Of a stretch of 64,000 nt of DNA, positions 36,557-49,622 are shown piece by piece (position 1 is the stretch's first letter; each line of letters begins with the position of its first letter). Made by a program: the position numbers and the translations under genes. This stretch comes from Tubulanus polymorphus (Eukaryota > Animalia > Nemertea): positions 10,490,962-10,554,961 of the forward strand of contig NC_134034.1 in NCBI RefSeq assembly GCF_964204645.1, written 5' to 3'. The notes beneath the pieces were generated by a model, which saw only the letters and a list, made by a program, of their open reading frames with translations, did not search any database and was not told the origin of the DNA.

Positions 36557-38575
36557 CTTGTCATATCGATATAAAAAACTCTGTAACAAATATCAGCGAT
36601 GAACTTCAAAAATTTAGCGGTTCAATGGACAATCTAAAATAATAATAATAATAATAATTGACATTTATATAGCGCAGGTATCCAAACTAGAGTCTGTTCA
36701 AATGCGCTCCAAACTTGGTATTATTACCCCCAGCCTATAACTATTCCATGTATCAGTCATCTTTCCCTGGGGAGAGGTAACCTGACTGCCATTACTAATT
36801 AAGAGCGGTAACAACACTCTACTGAACGCTCAATTATTACCGAAATCATCAAAACACTCTCGAAAACAGAATGATTTCTCATCCAATTTCAACCGAACTA
36901 CCATTTACGATGTCAAATTGTGGTGAAAGCTAATACAGAGGGAGGCACCGAGGTATTGTCGGTTCTGACAATATTTCGCTAGCTGGTAAATCGGCATTAT
37001 CCTCGAGGCTTCCGACGAAAGATGATTTACAACTTCCTAGTTGTAATCGCTCGTTCTATGTCGAACAATTCGTACACAACATAATCATGTTCGACATATT
37101 TTAGTTTTTCATTTCGGCGACATAGAATTTCCGGGTATCGGCAATTTCCGTCTATCGAAGCAAGTTGTTTGTCGTTCGTTCGATCATGTAGCATCTCTGA
37201 ACCTTACCTAACCATGTAAATTCACGGCTGTATATTAGAACCTGCCAAAAATTCAGCAATTGGCCGTAGCAATCGGAAAATCGCTTCGAAACCTTCTCTC
37301 ATTTCTGCTGAGTTTAAAAGTTGACCCGACCAGTCGCCGATCAACCCTGTACATTAATCTTTTTTCAAATCATGATTAAGCCGACCATAATTACAGACGC
37401 GGCATTAATAGAAATGAACTGATGACTGATTTCTTTTGGGGGAGGGTGGTGGTATATCCTACAAGCTACGCTTTTTTATATCTTCCCCTTCTGATAAATT
37501 ATGTCGATTTATGCGTAATTTGTGCAAAAACATCATAATTTATAGATTTTATATTATTCGTTATAAATTGCTATGATCTTCAGAAAATAAACAAACAAAT
37601 AGAAATGAAAAATTTGATTGCACTTAACAAAAGTGACCCGGCCGATCGGGAGAAACAAGGTTTCATTTCATTTTGGCTTTATATGTTGTCAGATTGTTGA
37701 TGCGCACCCCACCCCCCCCCCCCTTCACTCCCTGAACCGGATGTACTAAGTTCCGGGTTGTGCGTATTGAATCATCTCGGGAGAGGTGACCTGACAATTC
37801 ACGCGTTAGTCAACAAGAACTAGAACATCGGACAATAGTTACCTGTTGACCCAGTCTATCGAACAAACCTTTCCTCTTGATCAGCTGATAACGCGGTTTT
37901 ACAAATCGGAATAAATAAATCTTTTCTTCACGAGAGGAGGTCTTAAAATTGTTGCTCATCATCGTAAAATTCGAATTCCGGTAAAGGGATTTATTTCAGG
38001 CCGGCCATGTACGAATATATTGCTTTGGGCAATATCGGAGGTATTTTTTAAGGGAATTCAATCTTCGTTTGCCTTTGCGTCCCTACGCTCAGGATCCAGC
38101 ATCGCGGAGTTCGAGTAAAATATGACCGTTAAATCGGATTCGATTTAAAGAGGAAAATTAGATTCTTTCGAGGTGGTCCTTACCGTGCTCGGACTAGTCG
38201 GCGGAATAGTGCACTTTTTTGAGACGGTCCCTGCCGTGCTTGATGTCATTTTGAGTCGGTCCCCGCAGCGTTCGGAGTCAGCAGACGACGGATGCCTTTT
38301 TGAAACAGTCCCCGCGAAGAAGCTCACAGTCTTTTGAGGTGGTCCCCACGGTGTTCGGAGTCAGCAGACGGATTCTCTTGAAAAACGGATGCGAAATCGG
38401 AAGTGTAAACTTCCGTCTGCAAATAACAATTCACAAACGTATCATCGGTCTGATCTTCGTCGCCAAATATTTCGCTAATAACAATAATAATAAAAGTACC
38501 CCCCTTCTTTTTTTTACGTTCGTGAAATAAACAGAAGTCGTCGAAAAGTCGTATGACTTTCTGGATGCTTCCAAA

Positions 38576-38935
38576 CCCTTACAGTGCATCTACACCGCAG
38601 TGCGGTGTGTAAATCAGTGATAGATTTTTGCTAGTACACCGCACTGTGGTGTATTGATGTAATTAGTAATTAGTAATTATCTCTCTTGAAAAATGGCAGC
38701 ACTGTCAAACATAGTGAAATACTAGTAACTAACGATACACCGCACCGCGGTGTGGACGCACTATAGTGCTATTCCCGTTATTCAACACACTTGGGTGGAA
38801 TTTTTAAATATTTTTAAATTATCTCCAGCACTATAGGGTATTAATTAGTCAGCACTGAAAGGGTTAACCCTTTCGGTGTTGACTAATTGATACCCTAAAG
38901 TGCTTGAAAATGTTTGAAAAATTCCACCCTAATGC
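38576..38935. mobile_element. Inverted piggyBac-like MITE plus an adjacent partial copy sharing one TTAA
   Basis: ...AGCACTGAAAGGG|TTAA|CCCTTTCGGTG... junction at 38864-38867. Confidence 0.75.
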
Positions 38936-39389
38936 ATCAACCACCCAACCAGCTTATATAGAAATGAACTGATTAAGAATTTAATTGCAGTTTACAAAAC
39001 TGACCCGGCCGATCAGGAGAAACAAGGTATAGTTTTATGTTAGCCTTTAAGGTAAACGTCTGCGATCAGGCTGAAACTCGTATCTGTTCTGACATTTACA
39101 CGTTCCCCGCGAATGCTTTTATTATTAGAAAGCTTATTCTAAGACCTGAAAACGAAAGTAATTCGAACGTAAACTTTCGCAATCATCAGGGGTTGAGATA
39201 TTTATTACCGGCCGACCACTCCGGAGACCGCTCCTACATCTGTTTGAACTGTTCTTTATTTGTTTACTTCAGATATTGCGTAAACGCATGCGTGGGAAGA
39301 ATCAACAAGTGGTTCACTCGTTCCGCTGAACGAGGTTTTTTATTACAACAGATAAACCCGTTTTTCCGTACGAAGTGCGCACGGCTCCA

Positions 39390-39598
39390 GCTCTGTTCGC
39401 TCCGGCTCTGTTCGCTCCGGCTCTGTTCGCTCCGGCTCTGTTCGCTCGGCTCTGTTCGCTCCGGCTCTGTTCGCTCCGGCTCTGTTCGTTCCGGCTCGGT
39501 TCGCTCCGGCTCTGTTCGCTCCGGCTCTGTTCGCTCCGGCTCTGTTCGCTCCGGCTCGGTTCGCTCCGGCTCTGTTCGCTCCGGCTCTGTTCGCTCGC
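39390..39598. repeat. 15-bp minisatellite (~14 copies)
   Basis: Unit GCTCTGTTCGCTCCG. Explains the SGSVR, LCSLR and PALFA repeats in the ORF track. Confidence 0.95.
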
Positions 39599-39749
39599 TC
39601 GTGTAGTCAGGTTATACCTGTGCTGCACGTTTGAAATATGCGCTTATAACTAAACCACGCGAGTTTCAATAATGTGTATTCCACCGTGCATTTCTCTTGA
39701 ATATCTTCGGTTTTTGAAATAGCTTTGTTTTTGTTTTCATGGGCTATTC

Positions 39750-40030
39750 AAGAGCCATTTTCAAAACTAAGAGAGTAGTGACGTTTAGACTCGATTCTAC
39801 AAGCTATTTTAAAAAACTAAGAGAGTTTAGACTCAATTCTATGAGCCATTTTAAAAAACTAAGAGAGTTTAGACTCAATTCTATGAGCCATTTTCCAAAC
39901 TAAGAGAGTAGTGACGTTTAGACTTGATTCTATGAACCGTTTTCAAAAACTTAGAGAGTAGTGACGTTTAGACTCGATTCTATGAGCCATTTTCAAAGCT
40001 AAGAGGGTCGTGACGTTTTGACTCAATTCT
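39750..40030. repeat. ~44-54-bp degenerate tandem repeat
   Basis: GAGCCATTTTCAAAACTAAGAGAGTAGTGACGTTTAGACTCGATTCTAT-like units. Confidence 0.8.
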
Positions 40031-40900
40031 ATTTTCATAAAGGTTTTGAAGATGGTTTTGAGAGAGGTTTAAACAATTGAGTCTAAACATCAATACTCGA
40101 CTTCTTATTTTTTCCGCGGGTAAGCTGTCAAGCTGCGATGCCGCGTTATATGAAAATCTCGGGGAAATCCGTCTGCAGGCGCTGCTCGTCCGCTGGCTGC
40201 GTCCTTGACACGATGTCGGTATCATCGCCGGTTGGTTCTTTTTTTTTCTGCCGACGGAAAATCGATTTCCAGGGACGCGCCGGCAGCGCGCTCTACTCGT
40301 GCGCTGTGACGAGCACAGCTATCGAGTTACCTCCTCGTCGTATCTGTACTAGCAGCTACTTCGCGTGTATTATCGGGTTTTCAGGTACCTGCGAACGCGT
40401 TACGTGTTCCATCTCACATTGTTCTTGGACGAAAAAACCTAACGCGTCCAAAAATGGGAACGCGCCTGGGAAAGGGTTCTAACTTAGCGTATTGAAATGG
40501 GGGTCTGAATGCAACGGCGCTACCTAGTGTCAAATTCGTGTATCGAAAAAGGGATCTCGAGCCGTGGAACCCGTGGGCAGGGTCGTGGCCTAACCTTGAA
40601 TTCGGGTATTTAAACGAAGATCTAACCGACACAAGACAGGGCAGAGAGGTTGTCTCGTTTTGCTTTCGGCTATCGCCTGGGCCCAGTTTCACAAAAAAGT
40701 TAAACTCAAATTTTTGGTATAATTTCCATTGGTTACTTCATGTTTTCAATGAGCACAACAATTCAAACTTAGGCTTAAACGTTTTAGGCTTAAACTTTTT
40801 CATGAAACTGGACCCCGAAGGGATCTGAACAAGGCAGGAAGGTAACAACCTATTATTTGTATCGGGTTATCCATTGAACTCGATCAAAAGAGGGGTAAGA

Positions 40901-41115
40901 GAGGCGCAGTGGCCGAGTGGTTTAAGCCGCCGGTCACTGGTCTCGTCAATCCAGGGTTTATGGGTTCAAACCCTGGTGGCGACAGTGTTTCTAGGTCGAA
41001 GGTTCTTCTCTGGTCTCTTCCTCATCGGGAAAAAGAAACATCAAACCTGCTTATAATGCCATGCGTGGCGCTTAGCGAGGGTTGAGGGTGTTAAAAAGAT
41101 TTAAAAAAATAAAAA
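40901..41115 (+). mobile_element. tRNA-derived SINE with A-rich tail
   Basis: A box TGGCCGAGTGG (40910-40920), B box GGTTCAAACC (40963-40972) and an A-rich 3' end. AAAAGAGGG is present on both flanks (possible TSD). Confidence 0.7.
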
Positions 41116-41414
41116 GAGGGATACAATGCAGAGAACGTGCCAGGGTGACAGGGTTGCTGCCTATAAAGGTGTAACAAACTGCTGCTGCTGGTGCTGTTTT
41201 ATGTAATGAAGGTCATTCCTCAGAAGTTGTTTACGATGATGAACGATGATTGAGGTTTTGCTCGAGTTGAATTGTATGATCTGATGTAGGTTTAAATATA
41301 GCGCGTCAGGTCATGTAACTGTCAACTTCTTGTTGGCTTAATTAACGTCTTCATATTCCAGGTAGTGGAGTAAGGTTGTTGGCGGTTGTTTTGATAGGTT
41401 GAGGATGCTTAGCG

Positions 41415-41830
41415 GCAAGTGAGGCTCCGCCAGGTGTCGCTAGTGTGCAGTAGGGCAATCAACGAATAGAAGATTCCACTTGAGGCAAGTGATGATCCAC
41501 CAGGTGTCGCTAGTGTGCAGTAGGACTCAAACTACTGTGGCAATAGGGGATTCCACTTGAGGAAAGTGAGGATCCACCAGGTGTCGCTAGTGTGCAGTAG
41601 GACTCAAACTACTGTGGCAATAGTGGATTCCACTTGAGGCAAGTGAGGATCCACCAGGTGTTGCTAGTGTGCAGTAGGACTCAAACTACTGTGGCAATAG
41701 TGGATTCCACTTGAGGTAAGTGAGGATCCACCAGGTGTCGCTAGTATGCAGCAGGACACAAACTACTGTGGCAATAGTGGATTCCACTTGAGGCAAGTGA
41801 AGATCCACTAGGTGTCGCTTGTGTGCAGGA
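41415..41830. repeat. 77-bp minisatellite (6 units), each with a CTCF-like motif
   Basis: CCACCAGGTGTCGCTAG variants at 41427, 41497, 41574, 41651, 41728 and 41805. Confidence 0.9.
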
Positions 41831-42449
41831 AAGCATATCTTGTACCTTGATTTTTAGCGTCGGTCGCAGACATAACAATGTTTTTTTAAGGACGCGTGAA
41901 CTCTGCCGCGTTTCTGCTTAACGTTTACCTTCTGCCGGTTTCATAAATAGAAAATGAAACGCGGAGAAAAACGGCGAACGCGGGCTGCGGCAGGTTGCGC
42001 TTGGCGTTTGCTTTCTCGAATATCAACGTTTGTTTTATTATAGAAGTAAAACTGAATGGGGTTCAGCGCTGAAATAGGTTTCGCTCGTAATTACAGCCGT
42101 TTATAAATAGAAACTCCTATCAACAGGTGGTCCGTGTATGTTTTTCGCCGTGCAGGTGAATTTTGGCGCTGCGCCAATTCCGAGCAGACTACGAGTCGTC
42201 GAACACGTCTGCTCTACCGCCGCGGCGAAAAGAGCAACAAAATCTGAGATGTCGAAATAAGTGATAAAAGAGGGATTTCCAATGCAAATTAAGCTCGTTA
42301 GCATATTCAAATTTTGTCCGAATTAGCATAACGATAGACGTAAAAACCTTAGTGCGCTATGGAAAAAATAAATTTCCAATTCCCGGAATAAAGTCCAGGT
42401 CTGATGGTAACCTAGGTACTGTGGACGAACTGGAATCAACTTGATGAAC

Positions 42450-42820
42450 GTGGCACTACCATTGTGAATTTGGTACTACCGATACCATAACGAATGTGGT
42501 ACCTGCATATGGAATGTGGAACCGCCATGGTGGATATGGTTCCGTGAAGCCACCAAAGTTAATTTGGTGCTACCATAGTGAATGTGGTACTAACATGGTA
42601 GTTGTGGTACTACCATAGTGAATGAAGTACTATCATAGTAGATGTGGTACTACCATGGTGATTGTGGTAGTACTATGATTGTAAACATGGTAGTACTTCC
42701 TTGGTAGATGTGGTGCTACCATAGTAAGTATGGTAGCACTACCATGGTAGTTGTGGTACTACCATAGTGAATGTGGTAGTGCTCCCGTAGTAAATATGGT
42801 AGTACCACCATGGTAGTTGC
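42450..42820. repeat. Degenerate ~21-bp GTGGTACTACCAT repeat
   Basis: Recurrent quasi-palindromic TGTGGTACTACCATAGTG / ATGGTAGT units. Confidence 0.75.
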
Positions 42821-44414
42821 GGTGGAAGTATCTACTATCGGGATGAATAGGGCACTTAAACGGCGAAATGTGATTCTATCGCAAAATAAAAGACTGATCT
42901 AATTTGGAATTGACGAAATGTCCGTAAATAAGCGCAAGGTTTTTCTCCTCCTCCGCTCTGTAGTTTTTATCAGTAATTTTTATCAGTAATATGTTACGGG
43001 ATATATTGTTCCTTGTTTATAAATAAACATGGGATAGAAACGAACGAGTGGAGTGTGCATCCGAAGCCTCCAGGTGCGTTAATAGAGAACGGATTGATTT
43101 GGCAGTCGATCAAAAAGTCATCGGTGAGCATATTGACGAGGTATTCATGAATAACTCCATCGGAATATTGATACAAACTGAGATGAAGGTGTAATACATA
43201 TGTAGATATGAGTGGTGAGGTGTAGATATGAGTGGGCGACTGGGCCTCTCGGGTAATAAGTTTATTTTAACTTCACCTGTCGTCCAACGTCCTATTTTAC
43301 AATATTTTGTACTAATTCCTTCTACTTTATATTGTAATTTAATTCGTAAATAAAACATTATTTTAGTGGTGAGGTTTGCCCGGGTTACAGACAACATTTG
43401 TGTTCCTCAGGACTGTTCCCTCCCTCCCCCTCCGGTCTGACATTACAGCTATTTGGGTTATTCTCTAAAAACCTTCTCGACAACCTTTACTAGCCGTTAT
43501 AGACTGTCGCTGCTCTTTACCGGTTCACCAAGAACCGGCATCACTAGAAAAGTGCCCTAAACTGTCTTCAAGGTGGTTACGAGGCGGTTCACCAAGAACC
43601 CATATAGTTGCAACAGTTCAAAGTGCCTTTCTCCTGAGAGCCTATAATCTCTGTACGACTACAACTGTTAGGTGGTTCACCAAGAACCCACGCCGGTATA
43701 CAACAGTTCAAGGTGCCTTCTGAGAACCAATACACTCTATACCACGGCTGTGAGGTGGTTCACCAAGAATCTGCCCCATACCACCTCAACCATAAGGCAG
43801 TTCACTGTAGACCCTTGGCTGTTCACTAAGCCCGTATCCCAGCCGTATGAATAACCAGAAGGTGTATCTCATGTACATGTAAATGTAATGACAATAACAA
43901 CAACAATTTCGCTAATTTTGGAGGAGCTCCTCTTTCTTGTATTCAGTGCCAACAGTGTGGGGAAATACCGATTTGGTTGTAGCACTCAGTCATGCGCCTC
44001 GTATCTGGTTTTACCGAAGTGCAACGTACATACTGTAAATACGCCACAATAAACTGAATGGTTAATATCTATTGACACGCATAGCTAACATATTTGTAGT
44101 TAATGAAGAGATATCAGTTCAAAGTAAACTGATTTGCGCGCCGCCGATTGTCTCAGGAATGTTGTTGGCAGTTTGACAGGTTTAAGTGTGATTTGTTTTG
44201 ATTTGCTATAGATGAAGTTAAAATTCATTCAGACGACCATAGTGTATCTATTGTGTTGTGTGTACGATAAGCTGAATGAGGCGTTTGAGTAGATAACCTT
44301 GATGTCGGTGACTGATGGTTCATCAGTTCACAGAGATAGCGACGCGACGGTGGGCATCGAAAGAAAAGTCTGCAGAAAGAAACTTCGAGTCAGTTCACTA
44401 CGAACTACAACGTC

Positions 44415-44836
44415 AGTTCCCCAAGGTCCTCACTGTTCCCTCATTAAAGCTGTGAGGAGAGGGGGGTTCCCCAAGGTCCTCACTGTTCCCTCATTAAAGC
44501 TGTGAGGAGAGGGGGTTCCCCAAGGTCCTCACTGTTCCCTCATTAAAGCTGTGAGGAGAGGGGGTTCCCCAAGGTCCTCACTGTTCCCTCATTAAAGCTG
44601 TGAGGAGAGGGGGTTCCCCAAGGTCCTCACTGTTCCCTCATTAAAGCTGTGAGGAGAGGGGGGTTCCCCAAGGTCCTCACTGTTCCCTCATTAAAGCTGT
44701 GAGGAGAGAGGGGTTCCCCAAGGTCCTCACTGTTCCCTCATTAAAGCTGTGAGGAGAGGGGGTTCCCCAAGGTCCTCACTGTTCCCTCATTAAAGCTGTA
44801 AGGAGAGGGGGTTCCCCAAGGTTCTCACTGTTCCCA
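44415..44836. repeat. 49-50-bp minisatellite (~8.5 copies)
   Basis: Unit GTTCCCCAAGGTCCTCACTGTTCCCTCATTAAAGCTGTGAGGAGAGGGG, with an internal TCCTCAC/GTGAGGA inverted repeat. Confidence 0.95.
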
Positions 44837-47111
44837 CACCTATCAACAACTTGGAAAAGGCTTCATTTTCATCTGATGTATTTTTTGCTAGGAATGAATG
44901 AATGAATGAATAAATAGGTGGACGGGTGGAGACGGGTGGATGGCAATCAATAAATACATCATCTATGAGTAGTAGATACTGATTGACTGACGTGTTGACT
45001 TAGTTAATTAATATCGGCTGGTTCTGTGTACTGTGTGGCGCTGTGTATTGCTGTGAATGGATTTATTATCATCGGAACTCGTCGATATTACGATGAAATA
45101 CCTGCGTAGTTTTTATTATAACGAAAATGTCAACCGATACGAATCGAGTATGAATTGAGTTGTTTTTACAGCCTTCGCCTTCATCGCCGTTCAACGTCGT
45201 CGTCGTTGCTGTCGTCGTGGATAAATGGAAGGAAATTATTGATTTATTCCAGATATAGATCGGTAGCCCGATCATACACGTTAAAAAAACCCGGAAGCTG
45301 TTGATAATGTCTATCTACTCGGCCGCATAGGTGGCGCTAGTGTTTCAGAAGGAATGTTGAAAGCTACTACTAGTTAGCGCTAGTGCTTCTGAGGAAGTGT
45401 AAACAGCTTCCGCTAGGTGGCGCAGGTTATTGCGGTAATGGATGGTCTTCAATAGGTTGCTCTAGTGGTTCCGAAGGACTGTTGAAAGCTTCCACTAGGT
45501 GGCGCTAGTGCTTCTGAGGAAGTATCAACCGCTTCCGCTAGGTGGGGCGTGTTTACTGCTATAGTGTGTCTACACCATGGTGCGGTGTATTGTTGGTTAC
45601 TTGCTAATATTTCAATAAGTTTGACAGGTGCTGCCATATTTCAAAAGAGATAAAAACATCGATACTCCGCACTGAAAGGCTTTAAGATTCGTTTAAAAGT
45701 CTCGTTGAGTTTCGAATATTGAATTCAAGCAGCCCACCCTTATTGCCTATGTGTTTGCGTCGCTCCTGATATCGACAGCTCGTCTGTCTGATAAAGGATT
45801 CATTTCTTTTCGAGCCCGCGGCTAAAGAGTTCCAATCGATGAAAACTATTGTATCCCCGAACTCCCTCTCTCTCTTTCTGCGTTCAGAGCCCTGAGGGGT
45901 CGAACTCTACTTAGGCAGTACTGCAGTACTATTGAATGTTAAATCCTGTTGTTTTACAAGTCTATTCTCTCATATGCGCCGATTCAGATTTTTTAACCCG
46001 CTCCGACGTGTCTTTGTATCCCGGTTATGTTTTGATAATCGGCATAATTTTCCTCTCGTTTTTTTAAACACCTTTGTTTTCGCACCTCGCAGCTCGGTGC
46101 GCGGAGAGCGCGCTGTATGAAGCACTCAGTACAAGCGTTGATGATGACATTGACCTAGATTCGTTGCCAACATCGCCTGTACGAAGGCGATCTTTGTACG
46201 AACCCAAAAATTCCTTCTGGCAATTCAAATTGAAGTATCTACATTTTTACCTTTTCGAAAGTCGATACGACTAAGATTTACCTCCGAGTCAAATTGGTTC
46301 ATTCGAGTTTGGGAATTTTGTAAAAAGGCTAAAATTCGAGGAAAAGTCAGGGAAATATGTTGAGATTTGTTGATAGATCGCGCGTAAAATCTTAACAGTT
46401 TCAGTCAGAGTATGGACGAATTTTACCGAAAAACCTTACGAAATTGGGAAATTCAGATGATGCTATTAAACACGTGTTTCTTGATCAGTGCGCGATTCCA
46501 TGAAAATTGAATTTTGACGTTTGAAACCTAGAAATTTCTCTGATTCGCTCAGAGGGAATTTTTCGTCATAGCATGGAAAACTGAGGGAATTGATGGAAAA
46601 ATTTGCGGAAAGTGGCGCCACCTTGTTGACATATCGATGGTTCCCAGTAGAAATTCGAACGAATTCGATCTTCAGACGGAATGACATCCGTTGATATAAA
46701 GGTCGTCGACCCGAACCGATCGAGTTGTGCCCTGGCGAGCGAGCACCGTCTGCTATCGTTTATCAATCTATTAATCTATCGTGACAGATTACGACGGATT
46801 AACGATATCGTTTATACCCGGATTAGGGATAATCCGTATTCGAGATAGTCGCGGATTAGGACGGCACATGTCAGCGTCCGTCCGTCCGTCTGTCGGTGAA
46901 TCATAGATTCCGTCTCGGCGAGGTCACAGCTTCGTCATCGCCGATGACAACAACGAAATCTGTTCCCTTTTTCGTTCTTTGTTATTTTTTCTTTGTCCCG
47001 TGTGGAAAAGTTTTCGATGATCTCTTCGCGATCAGTCATCAAATTAATCATCGTTTATAGATCGGGGACAGTGGTTTCTTTTTTTTTCAGTAAATTTCCT
47101 TCGATCTACAT

Positions 47112-47350
47112 AAGTTGTTAGATTGGTTATAGAACTAAAATGAGTTTAGACTGGTCTTAAGTTGTTAGATTGGTTATAGAACTAAAATGAGTTTAGACTG
47201 GTCTTAAGTTGTTAGATTGGTTATAGAACCAAAACGAGCTTAGACTGGTCTTAAGTTGTTAGATTGATTATAGAACTAAAATGAGTTTAAACTGGTTCTT
47301 AAGTAGTTAGATTGGTCATAGAACCGAAATGAGTTTAGACTGGTCTTAAT
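47112..47350. repeat. 47-bp tandem repeat derived from a MITE interior (~5 copies)
   Basis: Unit GTTGTTAGATTGGTTATAGAACTAAAATGAGTTTAGACTGGTCTTAA. Confidence 0.85.
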
Positions 47351-47677
47351 GTTAGAAAATACATTCATTGATTCCATGTGACGCTTTACTGGCCATTGGT
47401 CAGTTAAGTTAAATCGAATAACATTTAGCCTTATTCTCCTAATATACTGACTGTTCAAATATGTACCAGGCGCATTTATTTGAAAAGCAAATCAATTTTG
47501 ATCGGCGATTCTCGACACAAAGGAGTTTCTTCTTACATTCAGTTCAAAATCGGTTCCTCTCTCGCTTCAGAACAAAGTAAAAACTCGTTGTTATAGAATT
47601 CTAATTTCGGCATTGTTTTCTTCGGGAGAGGTCTTTGTCTACGCGCGTTTGGGTTGAGAGAGAGAAAGAGGGGGCGG

Positions 47678-47731
<54 letters not shown>

Positions 47732-47910
47732 CGAGTCTTTGTTTGACATTGATGTAATCCGGGTCATGGTCGTCATTAGCAACCGTCCTGCTCAGCAGAC
47801 TTAACCCGGTAAAAAATAGATGAGGATCCCGTCTATCAGGGGGATGCTGATGCTTCTGCTGCTGATGCTTCTGCTGCTACTGCTACTGCTGCTGCTGCTG
47901 CTGCTACTGC
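47678..47910. repeat. (CTG)n trinucleotide repeats
   Basis: Pure run at ~47678-47730 and a degenerate run at ~47845-47910. A (CAG)n run occurs at ~31887-31919. Confidence 0.9.
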
Positions 47911-48392
47911 GTAGATAAGATGGTTATCCATGGAAAAAATTTTAAAAACTTTCGGCCTCAGCTTCAAAAAGAAATATACTGATGACGACCTTCTTATTCT
48001 TAAGGACTTCAATAATCCAGTAAAATCATGTTTAGTTATTGATGACCTTCTCATTCTCGGTGACTTCAACGATTCAGTAAAATTGTGATTATTTACCGAT
48101 TACAACAATACTTTCTCGTTCTGGATGACTTCAGTGAAGTTGTTGCGATTCATTTTTAACGCACCCAGATGGTGTCGGATGGTGGCGAGTTGTAATCGGT
48201 GTTTATATAACAATCGAATCCCTGGACGACTAATGACGATTCCAGCTGCTCCGACGAGAAATGTAATATCGAGATTAAAAAAAGAAATGGTTTATCAAGG
48301 GACCGTCTGTCCGTTATCGGGTTCACTATCTAAAGCCGGGTGTAGATTGACTTGCAACACAACACACGATGGGTCCAACTGGTCGCAAGTCA

Positions 48393-48520
48393 GTGTGTAG
48401 AGGTCGTTGTGTAGGGGTCGTTGTGTAGAGGTCGTTGTGTAGAGGTCGGTGTGTAGAGGTCATTGTGTAGAGGTCGGTGTGTAGAGGTCGTTGTGTAGAG
48501 GTCGGTGTGTAGAGGTCGTT
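48393..48520. repeat. 14-bp minisatellite
   Basis: Unit GTGTAGAGGTCG(T/G)T, ~9 copies. Confidence 0.9.
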
Positions 48521-48744
48521 GAGGCAGAAAGTAGAACACGTGACTCGAGTTGCTACTGCCCCATCAAGGCGTGCCATTGCGTCGCGAGTCGCAATCCCGT
48601 AAAAGCGACTCTTTTGCGAAAATTAATTGCGTTACAAAAAAAATGCGACCCTTTTTCGGACTCGGGGTGGTAACTCGCCGAAACACTCCTCCGCGTGCCA
48701 TGTATACCCCTGGAACGCAACTATTGAAATATGAAAAACTCAAA

Positions 48745-49210
48745 GAGCTTAGACTGGACTAATAGTTGTAATATTGGTTATAAAACCAGAATGAGCTAAT
48801 GGTGTAAGATTGATCATAGAGCAAAAATGATCTTATAAGTTGTTAGTTAGATTGGTTATAGAACCAAAACGAGCAGAGACTGGTCTTAAGTTGTTAGATT
48901 GGTTATAGAACTAAAATGAGCTTAGACTGATCTTAAGTTGTTTGATTTGCAAACCAAGATGACCTTAGACTGGTCTTAACTTGTTAGATTGGTTATAGAA
49001 CCAAAATGAGCTTAGACTGATCTTAAGTTGTTAGATTGGTTATAGAACCAAAACGAGCAGAGACTGGTCTTTAAGTTGTTAGATTGGTTATAGAACCAAA
49101 ATGAGTTTAGACTGGTCTTAAAGTTGTTAGATTGGTTATAGAACCACAATGAGCTTAGACTGGTCTTAAAGTTGTTAAATTGGCTATAGATCTAATGGTC
49201 TTAAGTCCAA
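48745..49210. repeat. 47-bp tandem repeat, same unit as 47112-47350 (~8-9 copies)
   Basis: Repeated GTTAGATTGGTTATAGAACCAAAATGAGCTTAGACTGGTCTTAA. Confidence 0.85.
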
Positions 49211-49518
49211 GCTCGGTTAATGGATCTGTGGCTCTGGGTGTGAATTGGAACACATGCGTGTTAGCACCGCTCAAAGATCTCGGATGATGCTGAATACTAA
49301 CTGGTCAGGTGGTCTGAACGAGTTCGTTCATAGTGGTATAAACCACTCCACAAAAATCAATGACGATTTCGCCCAGGGCCGCGCCGCTGAACTATTTACT
49401 ATCATCGCCACCCCCTGTCACAACAACAGGCTTTATCAATCCGACTATGAATCCAGCTGCCTGCTCCGCGTCGCCGATGCTGGGACCCTGGATGATATCG
49501 GCAGATTACTCCTACATA

Positions 49519-49622
<104 letters not shown>

